From positions 3,505,495-3,569,494 of the forward strand of contig OY787449.1 in NCBI GenBank assembly GCA_963678785.1: 64,000 nucleotides of DNA. Reading direction: 5' to 3'. Shown one piece after another: positions 22,889 to 31,516 of this stretch. How positions within the stretch are numbered: the first letter of the stretch is position 1; every line of letters begins with the position of its first letter. The notes beneath the pieces were generated by a model, which saw nothing but the letters and a program-made list of their open reading frames with translations, did no database searches and was not told where the DNA came from. The DNA comes from Bacteroidales bacterium (GTDB taxonomy: Bacteria > Bacteroidota > Bacteroidia > Bacteroidales > GCA-2711565). The position numbers were made by a program, and so were the translations under genes.

Positions 22889-23086
22889 TTAGAAAAGACT
22901 ATAAAAGGTTTCTAATATTGTTTGAAATGAGATATCCATCAAATAAATAACAAACGCTATTATGAGGGAAGCAATGGACACAACAATTGCACTATTTTGC
23001 AATTCACTCCAAGTAGGCCAAGATACTTTATGAACTAATTCTTCATAACTATCTCTGATGTAATTAAATTTAAATAAATTTGCCAT
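22889..23086 (-). CDS. secE: Preprotein translocase subunit SecE
   Basis: 65 aa with a single C-terminal TM helix, in the conserved position upstream of nusG. Confidence 0.85.
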   Translation of the reverse strand: MANLFKFNYIRDSYEELVHKVSWPTWSELQNSAIVVSIASLIIAFVIYLMDISFQTILETFYSLF

Positions 23087-23101
23087 TATCTAATATTTTT
23101 G

Positions 23102-23174
23102 CACGGGTGGTAGGATTTGAACCCACAACCAATGGTTTTGGAGACCACTACTCTACCAATTGAGCTACACCCGT
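23102..23174 (-). tRNA. tRNA-Trp (anticodon CCA)
   Basis: Hand-folded cloverleaf: ACGGGTG TA GCTC AATTGGT AGAGT A GTGGT CTCCAAA ACCAT TGGTT GTGGG TTCAAAT CCTAC CACCCGT G. Confidence 0.9.
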
Positions 23175-23255
23175 TTATTTAAACATTTCTGTATATTGCA
23201 GACAAAGGTAATCCGCACAAGCGGAATACCTTCATCGGTCAATATATATTATTTG

Positions 23256-24443
23256 TTATTCTATAATTTCAGTAACCTGACCAGCACCTACAGTTCTACC
23301 ACCTTCACGGATAGCGAAACGAAGTCCTTTGTTCATCGCAATTTCAGCAATTAATTGAACTTCAATTGTAAGGTTGTCACCAGGCATAACCATTTCAACA
23401 CCTTCTGGAAGGAAAATCTCACCAGTAACGTCAGTGGTTCTGAAATAGAATTGTGGTCTGTATTTGTTGTGGAATGGAGTGTGACGTCCACCTTCTTCTT
23501 TTTTAAGGATATAAACCTCAGCTTTGAAGTGTTTGTGAGGAGTTACAGTACCAGTATGGGCAATAACCATACCTCTTGTAATCTCATCTTTATCAATACC
23601 TCTAAGCAATAAACCAGCGTTATCACCTGCTTCACCTCTGTCAAGAATTTTTCTGAACATCTCAACACCAGTTACAACTGATTTAAGTTTGTGAGCACCC
23701 ATACCAATAATATCAACAGGATCACTTGTGTTAATAACACCTGATTCAATTCTACCAGTAGCAACAGTACCACGACCAGTAATAGAGAATACATCTTCGA
23801 TAGGCATTAGGAATGGTTTGTCAACGTCTCTTGGAGGCAATGGAATCCAACTGTCACATGCATCCATTAATTCAATAACTTTAGCAACCCATTTTTCTTC
23901 ACCGTTCAATGCACCAAGTGCAGAACCTTGAATTACTGGAGTGTTATCACCATCAAATTTGTAGAAACTTAAAAGGTCTCTGATTTCCATGTCAACAAGC
24001 TCTAAAAGCTCTTCATCGTCAACCATGTCAACTTTATTCATGAAAACAACCAATTTAGGTACACCAACCTGACGAGCTAAAAGGATATGTTCACGTGTTT
24101 GAGGCATGGGTCCATCAGTTGCAGCAACAACAAGAATAGCACCGTCCATTTGTGCAGCACCAGTAACCATGTTCTTTACGTAATCCGCGTGACCTGGACA
24201 GTCAACGTGTGCGTAGTGACGGTTATCAGTTGCATACTCTACGTGTGCAGTATTAATAGTGATCCCTCTTTCTTTTTCTTCAGGAGCATTATCAATTGAA
24301 TCAAATGATGCAAATTCTGCCAATCCTTTAGATTGTAGATTTAGTGTAATCGCAGCAGTTAATGTAGTTTTACCGTGGTCAACGTGACCAATGGTTCCAA
24401 TGTTAACATGCGGTTTCGCGCGATCAAATTTTTCTTTGGCCAT
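23256..24443 (-). CDS. tuf: Elongation factor Tu
   Basis: The true start is [27 protein letters not shown] at 24443. The ORF-track extension to 24545 runs into tRNA-Thr and is not real. Confidence 0.97.
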   Translation of the reverse strand: MAKEKFDRAKPHVNIGTIGHVDHGKTTLTAAITLNLQSKGLAEFASFDSIDNAPEEKERGITINTAHVEYATDNRHYAHVDCPGHADYVKNMVTGAAQMDGAILVVAATDGPMPQTREHILLARQVGVPKLVVFMNKVDMVDDEELLELVDMEIRDLLSFYKFDGDNTPVIQGSALGALNGEEKWVAKVIELMDACDSWIPLPPRDVDKPFLMPIEDVFSITGRGTVATGRIESGVINTSDPVDIIGMGAHKLKSVVTGVEMFRKILDRGEAGDNAGLLLRGIDKDEITRGMVIAHTGTVTPHKHFKAEVYILKKEEGGRHTPFHNKYRPQFYFRTTDVTGEIFLPEGVEMVMPGDNLTIEVQLIAEIAMNKGLRFAIREGGRTVGAGQVTEIIE

Positions 24444-24503
24444 AACAAAAATGTTTAAAATTATGTTTTTAAAAAATGATTTAATATTAAGTTTTCTAAT
24501 GAG

Positions 24504-24575
<72 letters not shown>

Positions 24576-24579
24576 AATG

Positions 24580-24652
24580 AGCGGGAGACGGGGCTCGAAC
24601 CCGCCACCTAAAGCTTGGAAGGCTTTCGCTCTACCAAATGAGCTACTCCCGC
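24580..24652 (-). tRNA. tRNA-Gly (anticodon TCC)
   Basis: Hand fold: GCGGGAG TA GCTC ATTTGGT AGAGC G AAAGC CTTCCAA GCTTT AGGTG GCGGG TTCGAGC CCCGT CTCCCGC T. Confidence 0.9.
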
Positions 24653-24705
24653 AAATTTTGAAAATCGTAGCCTGATTAATGCTATTCTTTATTAATAAAT
24701 TGTTG

Positions 24706-24787
24706 TGGGGAGAGGAGGATTCGAACCTCCGAAGGCTGCGCCAACAGATTTACAGTCTGCCCCATTTGACCGCTCTGGAATCTCCCC
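24706..24787 (-). tRNA. tRNA-Tyr (anticodon GTA), long variable arm
   Basis: The acceptor is GGGGAGA/TCTCCCC, the anticodon arm is GCAGA CTGTAAA TCTGT, and the T-loop is GGTTCGAATCC. Confidence 0.88.
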
Positions 24788-24812
24788 AACAATTAATTCA
24801 ATTTTTGAATTG

Positions 24813-24885
24813 AGCCGATAGACGGACTCGAACCGCCGACCGGCTGATTACAAATCAGCTGCTCTACCAACTGAGCTATATCGGC
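24813..24885 (-). tRNA. tRNA-Thr (anticodon TGT)
   Basis: Hand fold: GCCGATA TA GCTC AGTTGGT AGAGC A GCTGA TTTGTAA TCAGC CGGTC GGCGG TTCGAGT CCGTC TATCGGC T. Confidence 0.9.
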
Positions 24886-24988
24886 TTGTTATTTCCTAAT
24901 TGAAATTATTAAAATATTCGTTTTTAGGCTACTAAAAATACCCGTTTCAAATATCTCAATACTAGCTAATTAATCGGTGCTCATTAAA

Positions 24989-25020
24989 CAAAAAACAGAC
25001 CTCTGTTTCAAAAAGGTCTG
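24989..25020 (-). terminator. Rho-independent terminator after hpf
   Basis: The stem is CAGACCT (24996-25002) / AGGTCTG (25014-25020). An A-run at 24990-24995 gives a U-run on the minus transcript. Confidence 0.65.
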
Positions 25021-25087
25021 CAAAAATAAACACTTTAAAATTAATAAGCAAAGAATTATTAAGTTTTTTGTGTAAGTTTTTTAGTTT

Positions 25088-25384
25088 TTATTTCTTGAAT
25101 TTTTCTTTGTGCTTGTTTAACTGTTTTTTAAGGGCGTCTAATGCAACATCTGTTGCTTCCTCAAAACTTTTCCCTTGTTTTTTGGCATAAAGATCATTTC
25201 CTTTTACTACCAATCTGATTTCTATAATTTTATTGTCCTGACTCACATTATTTGCTAGTTTTAGAACCACCTCACTTCCTATTATATCATTGTGAAGGTT
25301 TGATAATTTTTTTAGTTTATCAGTGATAAACGAATCCAATTTCTTGTCTGTCTTAAAATGTACTGAATTGATGTTTACGTTCAT
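25088..25384 (-). CDS. hpf: Ribosome hibernation factor HPF/RaiA (short form)
   Basis: 98 aa, with MNVNINSVHFKTDKKLDSFI...EATDVALDALKKQLNKHKEK typical of the S30AE family. Confidence 0.85.
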   Translation of the reverse strand: MNVNINSVHFKTDKKLDSFITDKLKKLSNLHNDIIGSEVVLKLANNVSQDNKIIEIRLVVKGNDLYAKKQGKSFEEATDVALDALKKQLNKHKEKFKK

Positions 25385-25401
25385 AATTCATCTCCTTTTC
25401 T

Positions 25402-26277
25402 TTAAGCCTTTGGATGGGCTTGGTTATATACTGATTTTAATTTCTCGATCGTATTGTGCGTATAAACCTGCGTAGCAGATAAATTAGCATGACCAAGAAT
25501 TTCTTTGATAGCATTTAGGTCGGCTCCACTATTTAGCATGTGTGTGGCGAAGGTGTGTCTCAATATATGAGGGCTTTTTTTGTTAATTGTAGTTACCTTA
25601 CTAAGGTATGAATTCGCAAGCCGATAAACAAACTTCTCATAAAGTTTTTTGCCTTTGTTTGTTGTGAAAAAATATGTGGTTTCTGGGTGTTCATTTTTTA
25701 AGTAAGTAAGATATTTTTGCATTTTGATCGTTGTTTCCTTACTTAACGGGACATATCTCTCCTTATTTCTTTTGCCGAAGATTTTTATTGTTTTTGAAGT
25801 AAAATTAATGTCGGGTATTTTAATGTTAATTAATTCGTTTAATCTAATTCCAGTCAAATAAAAAATTTCAAGAATTAATTTATCTCTCATTGCAGCCATG
25901 CCTTCTCCGAAATCAAGCTCATCGAGTAGCATGTCCATAGAGTCGTTTTCTATAAACACAGGGAGTTTTTTAGAAGATTTGGGAGGTATAATTCTCTGCA
26001 TTGGATTTTGATCAATGAGACCCTCTTTAAGTAGGAATTTAAAATAGCTTTTTAATGTGGAAAGTTTTCTGTTTACAGATCGAGTGCTTACTTCATGCTC
26101 AATTAATGAAACTATCCAAGATCGTATAATATGGTGATCTATTTCAGATGCTTTGTGGATTTGGTATTGGTTTCTCACATACAAATAAAACTGAGATAAA
26201 TCAGTTTGGTAGGCTTTTATTGTATGTGTTGAGAATCGCTTCTCAAACTGTATATATTTTATAAATTTTTCTGTCAA
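25402..26277 (-). CDS. Tyrosine recombinase XerC/XerD-like
   Basis: 291 aa. It has an N-terminal SAM-like domain (FIKYIQFEKRFSTHTIKAYQTDL) and catalytic residues in HILRHTFATHML...LGHANLSATQVYTH. The rpsU-xer-hpf neighbourhood is common in Bacteroidota. Confidence 0.85.
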   Translation of the reverse strand: MTEKFIKYIQFEKRFSTHTIKAYQTDLSQFYLYVRNQYQIHKASEIDHHIIRSWIVSLIEHEVSTRSVNRKLSTLKSYFKFLLKEGLIDQNPMQRIIPPKSSKKLPVFIENDSMDMLLDELDFGEGMAAMRDKLILEIFYLTGIRLNELINIKIPDINFTSKTIKIFGKRNKERYVPLSKETTIKMQKYLTYLKNEHPETTYFFTTNKGKKLYEKFVYRLANSYLSKVTTINKKSPHILRHTFATHMLNSGADLNAIKEILGHANLSATQVYTHNTIEKLKSVYNQAHPKA

Positions 26278-26370
26278 TATTCAAAAAAAAGAAGAAACAC
26301 TTGTTTCAAAGTTACAAATTAAATTTGCTGAAACAAAGATTTCTTCTCTCTTTTATTCTTGTTTGAAGGC

Positions 26371-26565
26371 TTATCCTTCTTCGTTTTGCCTCAATTGCTG
26401 AATATAGATTGCTTTTAATTTTTGCTCTCTATTGATGATTGATGGCTTGGTGAATTTTTGTCGTTCACGTAACTCTTTAACAACACCGGTTTTTTCAAAC
26501 TTACGTTTGTATTTTTTTAAAACCCTGTCGATGTTTTCGCCTTCTTTTACAGGAATAATAATCAT
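26371..26565 (-). CDS. rpsU: 30S ribosomal protein S21
   Basis: 64 aa: MIIIPVKEGENIDRVLKKYKRKFEKTGVVKELRERQKFTKPS. Confidence 0.93.
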   Translation of the reverse strand: MIIIPVKEGENIDRVLKKYKRKFEKTGVVKELRERQKFTKPSIINREQKLKAIYIQQLRQNEEG

Positions 26566-26693
26566 TTTTTACCTCTTTCTTTTTAAAATTAATTTTAGGA
26601 GTGCAAAAATAGAGATTAGTTTTAATATAAACAAATACAATGTTATAATTGATGGTTGTATTTTGTTTTTTTATACATTTGCCTGAAATAATG

Positions 26694-26768
26694 GGGGCTT
26701 TAGCTCAGTTGGTTTAGAGCGCATGCTTGACAGGCATGAGGTCAGCAGTTCGAATCTGCTAAGCCCCA
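26694..26768 (+). tRNA. tRNA-Val (anticodon GAC)
   Basis: Hand fold: GGGGCTT TA GCTC AGTTGGTTT AGAGC G CATGC TTGACAG GCATG AGGTC AGCAG TTCGAAT CTGCT AAGCCCC A. No CCA is encoded (the next bases are CAT). Confidence 0.9.
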
Positions 26769-26810
26769 CATTACCTGTTTATTAATCTAGTTTTGTTGTG
26801 AAGTAATGGA

Positions 26811-26871
26811 TTAGAGCGTCCCGATCGTCAGGTCGGGAAGGTCAGCAGTTCGAATCTACTAAGCCCCACCA
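26811..26871 (+). pseudogene. tRNA 3'-portion duplicate (D-arm remnant, aberrant anticodon arm, T-arm, acceptor 3' strand, encoded CCA) lacking a 5' acceptor strand
   Basis: The segment AGGTCAGCAGTTCGAATCT[A]CTAAGCCCCAC matches tRNA-Val 26738-26769 at 31/32 positions. No GGGGCTT 5' strand and no GCTC D-stem lies upstream. The anticodon region is 20 nt (TCCCGA TCGTCAGG TCGGGA) instead of 17, and the fragment ends ...AAGCCCC-A-CCA. Confidence 0.7.
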
Positions 26872-27184
26872 TAGTAAAAATAGAACTATCTAGCTGTAAG
26901 ATATTTAAAACCATGTGTTTAATCCCTAAATGAATTTTAATTCCCTCTTTTCTTTTCTGTCTTAAATAAGTATTTGTAAACTCATGAATCTGAATTATTT
27001 TTTATGATATTAACCATCATTAATTTACCGTCAATAATTGAAAGAATAATACTACCAAAACAATTGAAACCATTTATTTATTTAATCGTATGATACATTT
27101 GATTAAAGGTGATGGTAAGAATGATAGAAAGAGGTCACCTTTTATGATTTATTGACATTAACTGGACTAAAGAATAAAGATATT

Positions 27185-28306
27185 TTGAAAATATTTCAAC
27201 CTAAATATACACTCGTAATATTACTAGCTCTTGCATCTTTTGAAGTTAGATCGCAAGATCCTAATTATTCGCAGTTTACGCACAACCCACTTTATTATAA
27301 TCCGGCCTATACAGGCATATCCAGAGGGGTTTCCATGCGATTTAATTATCGCAGACAATGGCCAAATCTACCAGGAGATTTTAAAACATATAATTTTAAT
27401 ATCGATGCTGCTGCTAGAACTGTTTCAGGTTCAGGTGGTTTAGGCTTAATGGTGGATAAGCATAGTGCCGGTTCAGGCTATTATGAAAGAACAAGGGTAG
27501 GTATTCCATTATCTGTTAGAGTTCCATTGTATTCTAATATGTTGGTTCAAATGGGTGTAATGACTTCTTTTGTTCAGAAGAGTTTGAACTGGGATAATTT
27601 AATTTTTGTGGATCAGCTGGATCCGCGATTTGGAAATATTGGCCCATCAGATTTTGTTGCTCCTTTAAAAAATAAAGTGACTTACCCTGATTTTGATATT
27701 GGAATGGCCTTTCGTTTTGTTGAGTCTACCTGGAGTGGTAAACAAGTAATCGCAACTGCCGGGGTAGCTGTCCATCATGTATTTGGACCTAACGAATCAT
27801 TTTTTGAATTCGAATCGCCATTATCCAGAAAATTGGTTGTGACCGGTGATTTTATTTTGCAAAACGACGATTATGAGCGTGTAATCACAAGTTATAATCG
27901 TGGATCAAAAGGGGGATTCAGGTTTAATCCTGGTTTTATCTTTCAAAAACAGGCTGAATTTAAATCTTTTGCATTGGGACTGAATGTTTATAAATCTAAT
28001 ATTTATGCAGGTTTCTGGTATCGAAATGAGACTTTCGATTTACTGAAATCTAATGCTCTAATCTTAATGTTGGGTGTAAATGCGAAGATCAACGAAGACA
28101 GCCGCCTAAAGATCTATTACAGCTATGATGTTTTATTAAATGAGAGTTTGTACCGCGCAGCGGGAGGAACTCACGAAATAACTCTTGTTTTTAACTTAGA
28201 TTCATTAGATGCTCTTGGCGGTGGAGGCGGAAGAGGTACTTTCGGTAGAAATATGATGGGCTCAAGATCAAACCGCTATAGTGAAATGGAGTGTTCACAG
28301 TTTTAA
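27185..28306 (+). CDS. PorP/SprF family type IX secretion system membrane protein
   Basis: QDPNYSQFTHNPLYYNPAYTG directly follows a signal peptide. The likely start is the TTG at 27185 (MKIFQPKYTLVILLALASFEVRSQ); the ORF track starts at 27152, also at a TTG. Confidence 0.8.
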   Translation: MKIFQPKYTLVILLALASFEVRSQDPNYSQFTHNPLYYNPAYTGISRGVSMRFNYRRQWPNLPGDFKTYNFNIDAAARTVSGSGGLGLMVDKHSAGSGYYERTRVGIPLSVRVPLYSNMLVQMGVMTSFVQKSLNWDNLIFVDQLDPRFGNIGPSDFVAPLKNKVTYPDFDIGMAFRFVESTWSGKQVIATAGVAVHHVFGPNESFFEFESPLSRKLVVTGDFILQNDDYERVITSYNRGSKGGFRFNPGFIFQKQAEFKSFALGLNVYKSNIYAGFWYRNETFDLLKSNALILMLGVNAKINEDSRLKIYYSYDVLLNESLYRAAGGTHEITLVFNLDSLDALGGGGGRGTFGRNMMGSRSNRYSEMECSQF

Positions 28307-28308
28307 AA

Positions 28309-28764
28309 TCACATCTCTTTAATTGCTGCTTTGAAATATCGGAAACTTGATAAAACAAGCCCGACTCCAATACCTGTATATATAATTGATAAATAAGTTT
28401 TGGGCATAGGAGAGAGGCGTAAAGTGAATCCAAGACCTATCATAAAAATAACCAGAAAATAGTTTTGCCATTTCATAAAAGAAAAAATACATGGATGATT
28501 GCTCATCATTGAAATCCGTATTAAATTTTTTTGCGCTATTTTGCTAAAACCAAAATAGTGAATTCCAAGAGAAAGTAAAACTCCAAACAAGATGATTGCA
28601 ATGTTGAATATTCGAAAATCAGAGCTTAACCATGCATAGACATAGGTGTTGAGGAATATTCCTACTCCAAACCACATAAATCCTGCTATCCATAATAAGA
28701 TGTATTTGGGAGCAGAGGGTTTGTATCTTTCTTTAAAAGGTCGTTTTTTTGTTCTTTCTCTCAT
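28309..28764 (-). CDS. Small polytopic membrane protein, function unknown (last gene of the TonB/MFS/HemN/PPO operon)
   Basis: 151 aa with a basic N-terminus and about four hydrophobic helices, starting 8 nt after the PPO stop codon. Confidence 0.5.
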   Translation of the reverse strand: MRERTKKRPFKERYKPSAPKYILLWIAGFMWFGVGIFLNTYVYAWLSSDFRIFNIAIILFGVLLSLGIHYFGFSKIAQKNLIRISMMSNHPCIFSFMKWQNYFLVIFMIGLGFTLRLSPMPKTYLSIIYTGIGVGLVLSSFRYFKAAIKEM

Positions 28765-28772
28765 ACACCATT

Positions 28773-30140
28773 CTAATCTTCATTTGAAAACATAGAGGCA
28801 AATTCTTTGCCTTGCTTTACCCTGTCGGCTATGCCAACTCCATTTCTGAGACTGCCTCCCAGTTTTAAACCCGGGTGTTCTTTTTCTATGATATCGATGG
28901 CCTCATATCGATCTTTTGTGTCGGCACCATATTGAGCAATTGCATGCTTATAATGAGTGGTTTTAAAAAGATCAGGATTAAAATCTGAGATTCCCATCAT
29001 TATTTTAAATTCTTTAGCCATCAAATCTTTAAGTTCGTCATCATTGAGTTCTGCCAGAGTTTCTTTTCTTGTTCCTCCAACAAAAATAGTCAATAATGCG
29101 CCTTCTTCGGGGGCTCTGTTTTTGAATAGGGTTGACATAAAAAGTACACCTAAAATATTGCGGTTTTCTTTAAATGGAACCAAACCACCAAAAGCATCTA
29201 GTTTAATTCCTTTCCATTGATTAAATCCAATGGTAACTTCAGTCACTTTTGCATATTTTAAATTAGTGATGGATTTAAGTTTTTCGCTATCAATAAAAGC
29301 AAGAATATCAGGGAGTTCTTTAGCATTAACCGTAGAAATTATATCTGTAAATCCAGTTTTAATTTCACCATTATATTGAATGCTGTAACCCTCTTCTGTT
29401 TTATTAACAACTAATTTCTGACAGTTTTTGATGACTTGTTTTTCCCCGATGTTTTTTAATAAGGCCTTTGGTAATTTTTCTAATCCCCCTTCCATCGAAA
29501 AAATTTCTCTGGTTGCTTTTTTATCTTGATCAGATTTGGGTTCCTTTCGTTTCTTTATAGCTCCTCCAATAAAACTTCCATATTTTTGCTCAAGATTATA
29601 AAGTTTTGGCAGAGCGTATTTGGGAACAATATAATCAGGATCGCCTGCATAAATACCCAGGATAAATGGATCGATAGCATAATTCAAAAAACTATTGCCC
29701 ATTCTTCGTTTTACCAAAGAAGATAATGTTTCATCAGGATTATCTCCTTTTTTTCGAAAGGGTTCCCCTAAAATTCTGAATTTATCATAAAATGTAAATA
29801 AAGGTGTAGAAACAGCAGAAAAAGGCCCTGAAGGTAATGCGTGCCATTTGTTTTTTTTCCAGATAAGACGCTTCGCTGACGCGTGATCCGCAACTTCATG
29901 TTTGCAATCTGATTTCAATTCTTCAAACAAATCTGCAATTTCGCCATTGGCAATGACACCACTATTGGGGCCAATTTCATATTGAAAATCTTTTGAATTT
30001 ACCGATTTAATAACCCCTCCAATATGGTCACTTTTCTCAAATATTTTAAAATCAATACCAGCTTTATTTAGATAATAAGCGGTAGTTAAGCCGGTAATAC
30101 CTGCACCAATAATTGCAATTTTTTTATTTTTTGTATTCAT
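28773..30140 (-). CDS. Protoporphyrinogen (or coproporphyrinogen) oxidase, HemY/PPOX-type FAD enzyme
   Basis: 455 aa with an N-terminal dinucleotide-binding KIAIIGAGITGLTTAYYL. The size and C-terminal pattern fit the HemY family. Confidence 0.75.
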   Translation of the reverse strand: MNTKNKKIAIIGAGITGLTTAYYLNKAGIDFKIFEKSDHIGGVIKSVNSKDFQYEIGPNSGVIANGEIADLFEELKSDCKHEVADHASAKRLIWKKNKWHALPSGPFSAVSTPLFTFYDKFRILGEPFRKKGDNPDETLSSLVKRRMGNSFLNYAIDPFILGIYAGDPDYIVPKYALPKLYNLEQKYGSFIGGAIKKRKEPKSDQDKKATREIFSMEGGLEKLPKALLKNIGEKQVIKNCQKLVVNKTEEGYSIQYNGEIKTGFTDIISTVNAKELPDILAFIDSEKLKSITNLKYAKVTEVTIGFNQWKGIKLDAFGGLVPFKENRNILGVLFMSTLFKNRAPEEGALLTIFVGGTRKETLAELNDDELKDLMAKEFKIMMGISDFNPDLFKTTHYKHAIAQYGADTKDRYEAIDIIEKEHPGLKLGGSLRNGVGIADRVKQGKEFASMFSNED

Positions 30141-30141
30141 G

Positions 30142-31515
30142 TTAAAGTGCTTTAGAAAAGTTTTTATTCGTGTTAATCATTTTTGGGTCAAATACAGAGG
30201 CAATGTTTCGGATAAAGAATTTTCCTGCATTATTGATGTGAATCTCATCTTCATCATATGAAATTAAGCCTTCTCTTTCAAAAATCACTAAATGCTGATT
30301 CAGCGTTTTATTGATGTTTTTTATTTCGCTCTTTTTAATGTTGAATCGTTCAGAAATATGATCCCAGGAAAGGTATAAATTGCACATGAGTTCGTTGATG
30401 ATTTCACGACTTATTTTCTCATCTTGAGAGAGGAAATAGACTTTCTCAATGGCAAATTTACCGTCATTAATACTGCGTGTATAATTTAGAATGTCTTTTG
30501 TGCTTTGCAAATATGAGCTTTCCAGTTGACTGATTCCGCTTACTCCAAGTGCGTAAACCTGTCCTGTTGTCTCGCGGGTGCAATAGCCTTGAAAGTTCCG
30601 ATGCAGGTTTTTTTTGTTCAATGCAATGTTTAGTTCGTCATCTGCTTTTGCAAAATGATCTAAGCCAATGGCTTGATATCCTCCTTTGGTGAGCAAATCA
30701 AAAGCAATTTCAAAAAGTTTAACTTTTTCATGTGCGTCAGGTAAGTTGTATTCTTCGAGTTTCTTTTGTGCTTTTTTAACCCATGGAACATGGGCGTATG
30801 AAAAGGTAACCAGTCTGTTGGGTGAAATATTAATTGCTTTTTGCATGGTTTCTGAAAATGACTGTACGCTTTGATGAGGCAAGCCATAGATGAAATCCAA
30901 GTTTACTGAAACACCTTTATTTTTGATGTAATTTGATAAATCCAGAATGGGAATCTTTGATTGATTTCTATTGATGGTTTTCATTACCTTTTCATCAAAA
31001 TCCTGAACACCCAAACTCAATCTGTTAAATCCAAGTTCGATCAATTGATCTATATATTCGTAAGTTAAGTGCCAGGGGTGACACTCCATGGCAATTTCGG
31101 CCTTTGGGATAAAATCAAAATGCTCGTACAGTGCTTTCATAATTGACTTCACATCTTCGATGGGAAGATAATTCGGTGTGCCACCTCCCCAATGAATTTG
31201 TGAGACTTTTCGATTAGAGTCGAGTTTTGATTTTAACAGAATAATTTCCTTTAGCAAGGTTTTGATATAAGTGTCAATCAAATTTCGATCTTTGCTAATA
31301 ACGGTATTACAACCACAGTAAAAACAAAGTTTATTGCAAAAAGGGATGTGAATATAGAGTGAGATATTTTGAGGGTTTTCATTGTTTGAAAGCAAGATTG
31401 CTTTTTCAACTTCCAGTTCTTCAAAATTATCATGAAAGAAATTTGCTGGAGGATAGCTGGTGTACCTGGGTGTAGGTACATTGTATTTTTTAAGTAATTC
31501 TTGTGGGATGTTCAT
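30142..31515 (-). CDS. hemN: Oxygen-independent coproporphyrinogen III oxidase (radical SAM)
   Basis: 457 aa. It has PRYTSYPPANFF at the N-terminus, the radical-SAM cluster motif CNKLCFYCGC, and GGGTPNYL. Confidence 0.88.
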   Translation of the reverse strand: MNIPQELLKKYNVPTPRYTSYPPANFFHDNFEELEVEKAILLSNNENPQNISLYIHIPFCNKLCFYCGCNTVISKDRNLIDTYIKTLLKEIILLKSKLDSNRKVSQIHWGGGTPNYLPIEDVKSIMKALYEHFDFIPKAEIAMECHPWHLTYEYIDQLIELGFNRLSLGVQDFDEKVMKTINRNQSKIPILDLSNYIKNKGVSVNLDFIYGLPHQSVQSFSETMQKAINISPNRLVTFSYAHVPWVKKAQKKLEEYNLPDAHEKVKLFEIAFDLLTKGGYQAIGLDHFAKADDELNIALNKKNLHRNFQGYCTRETTGQVYALGVSGISQLESSYLQSTKDILNYTRSINDGKFAIEKVYFLSQDEKISREIINELMCNLYLSWDHISERFNIKKSEIKNINKTLNQHLVIFEREGLISYDEDEIHINNAGKFFIRNIASVFDPKMINTNKNFSKAL

Positions 31516-31516
31516 T

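Noticed and set aside
25402-26871. The XerC-like recombinase, tRNA-Val and the tRNA 3' fragment might together be an integrative element.
   Set aside because: From memory, the rpsU / recombinase / hpf arrangement is a conserved housekeeping neighbourhood in Bacteroidota. The two tRNA copies are only 42 nt apart with no cargo between them. The fragment is kept as a separate finding, but no element is called.
28309-28764. The 151-aa membrane protein at the end of the heme-related operon might be a HemJ-type protoporphyrinogen oxidase.
   Set aside because: By eye, its sequence does not resemble the HemJ (slr1790-type) proteins I can recall, and a HemY-type oxidase is already present. It is left as unknown.
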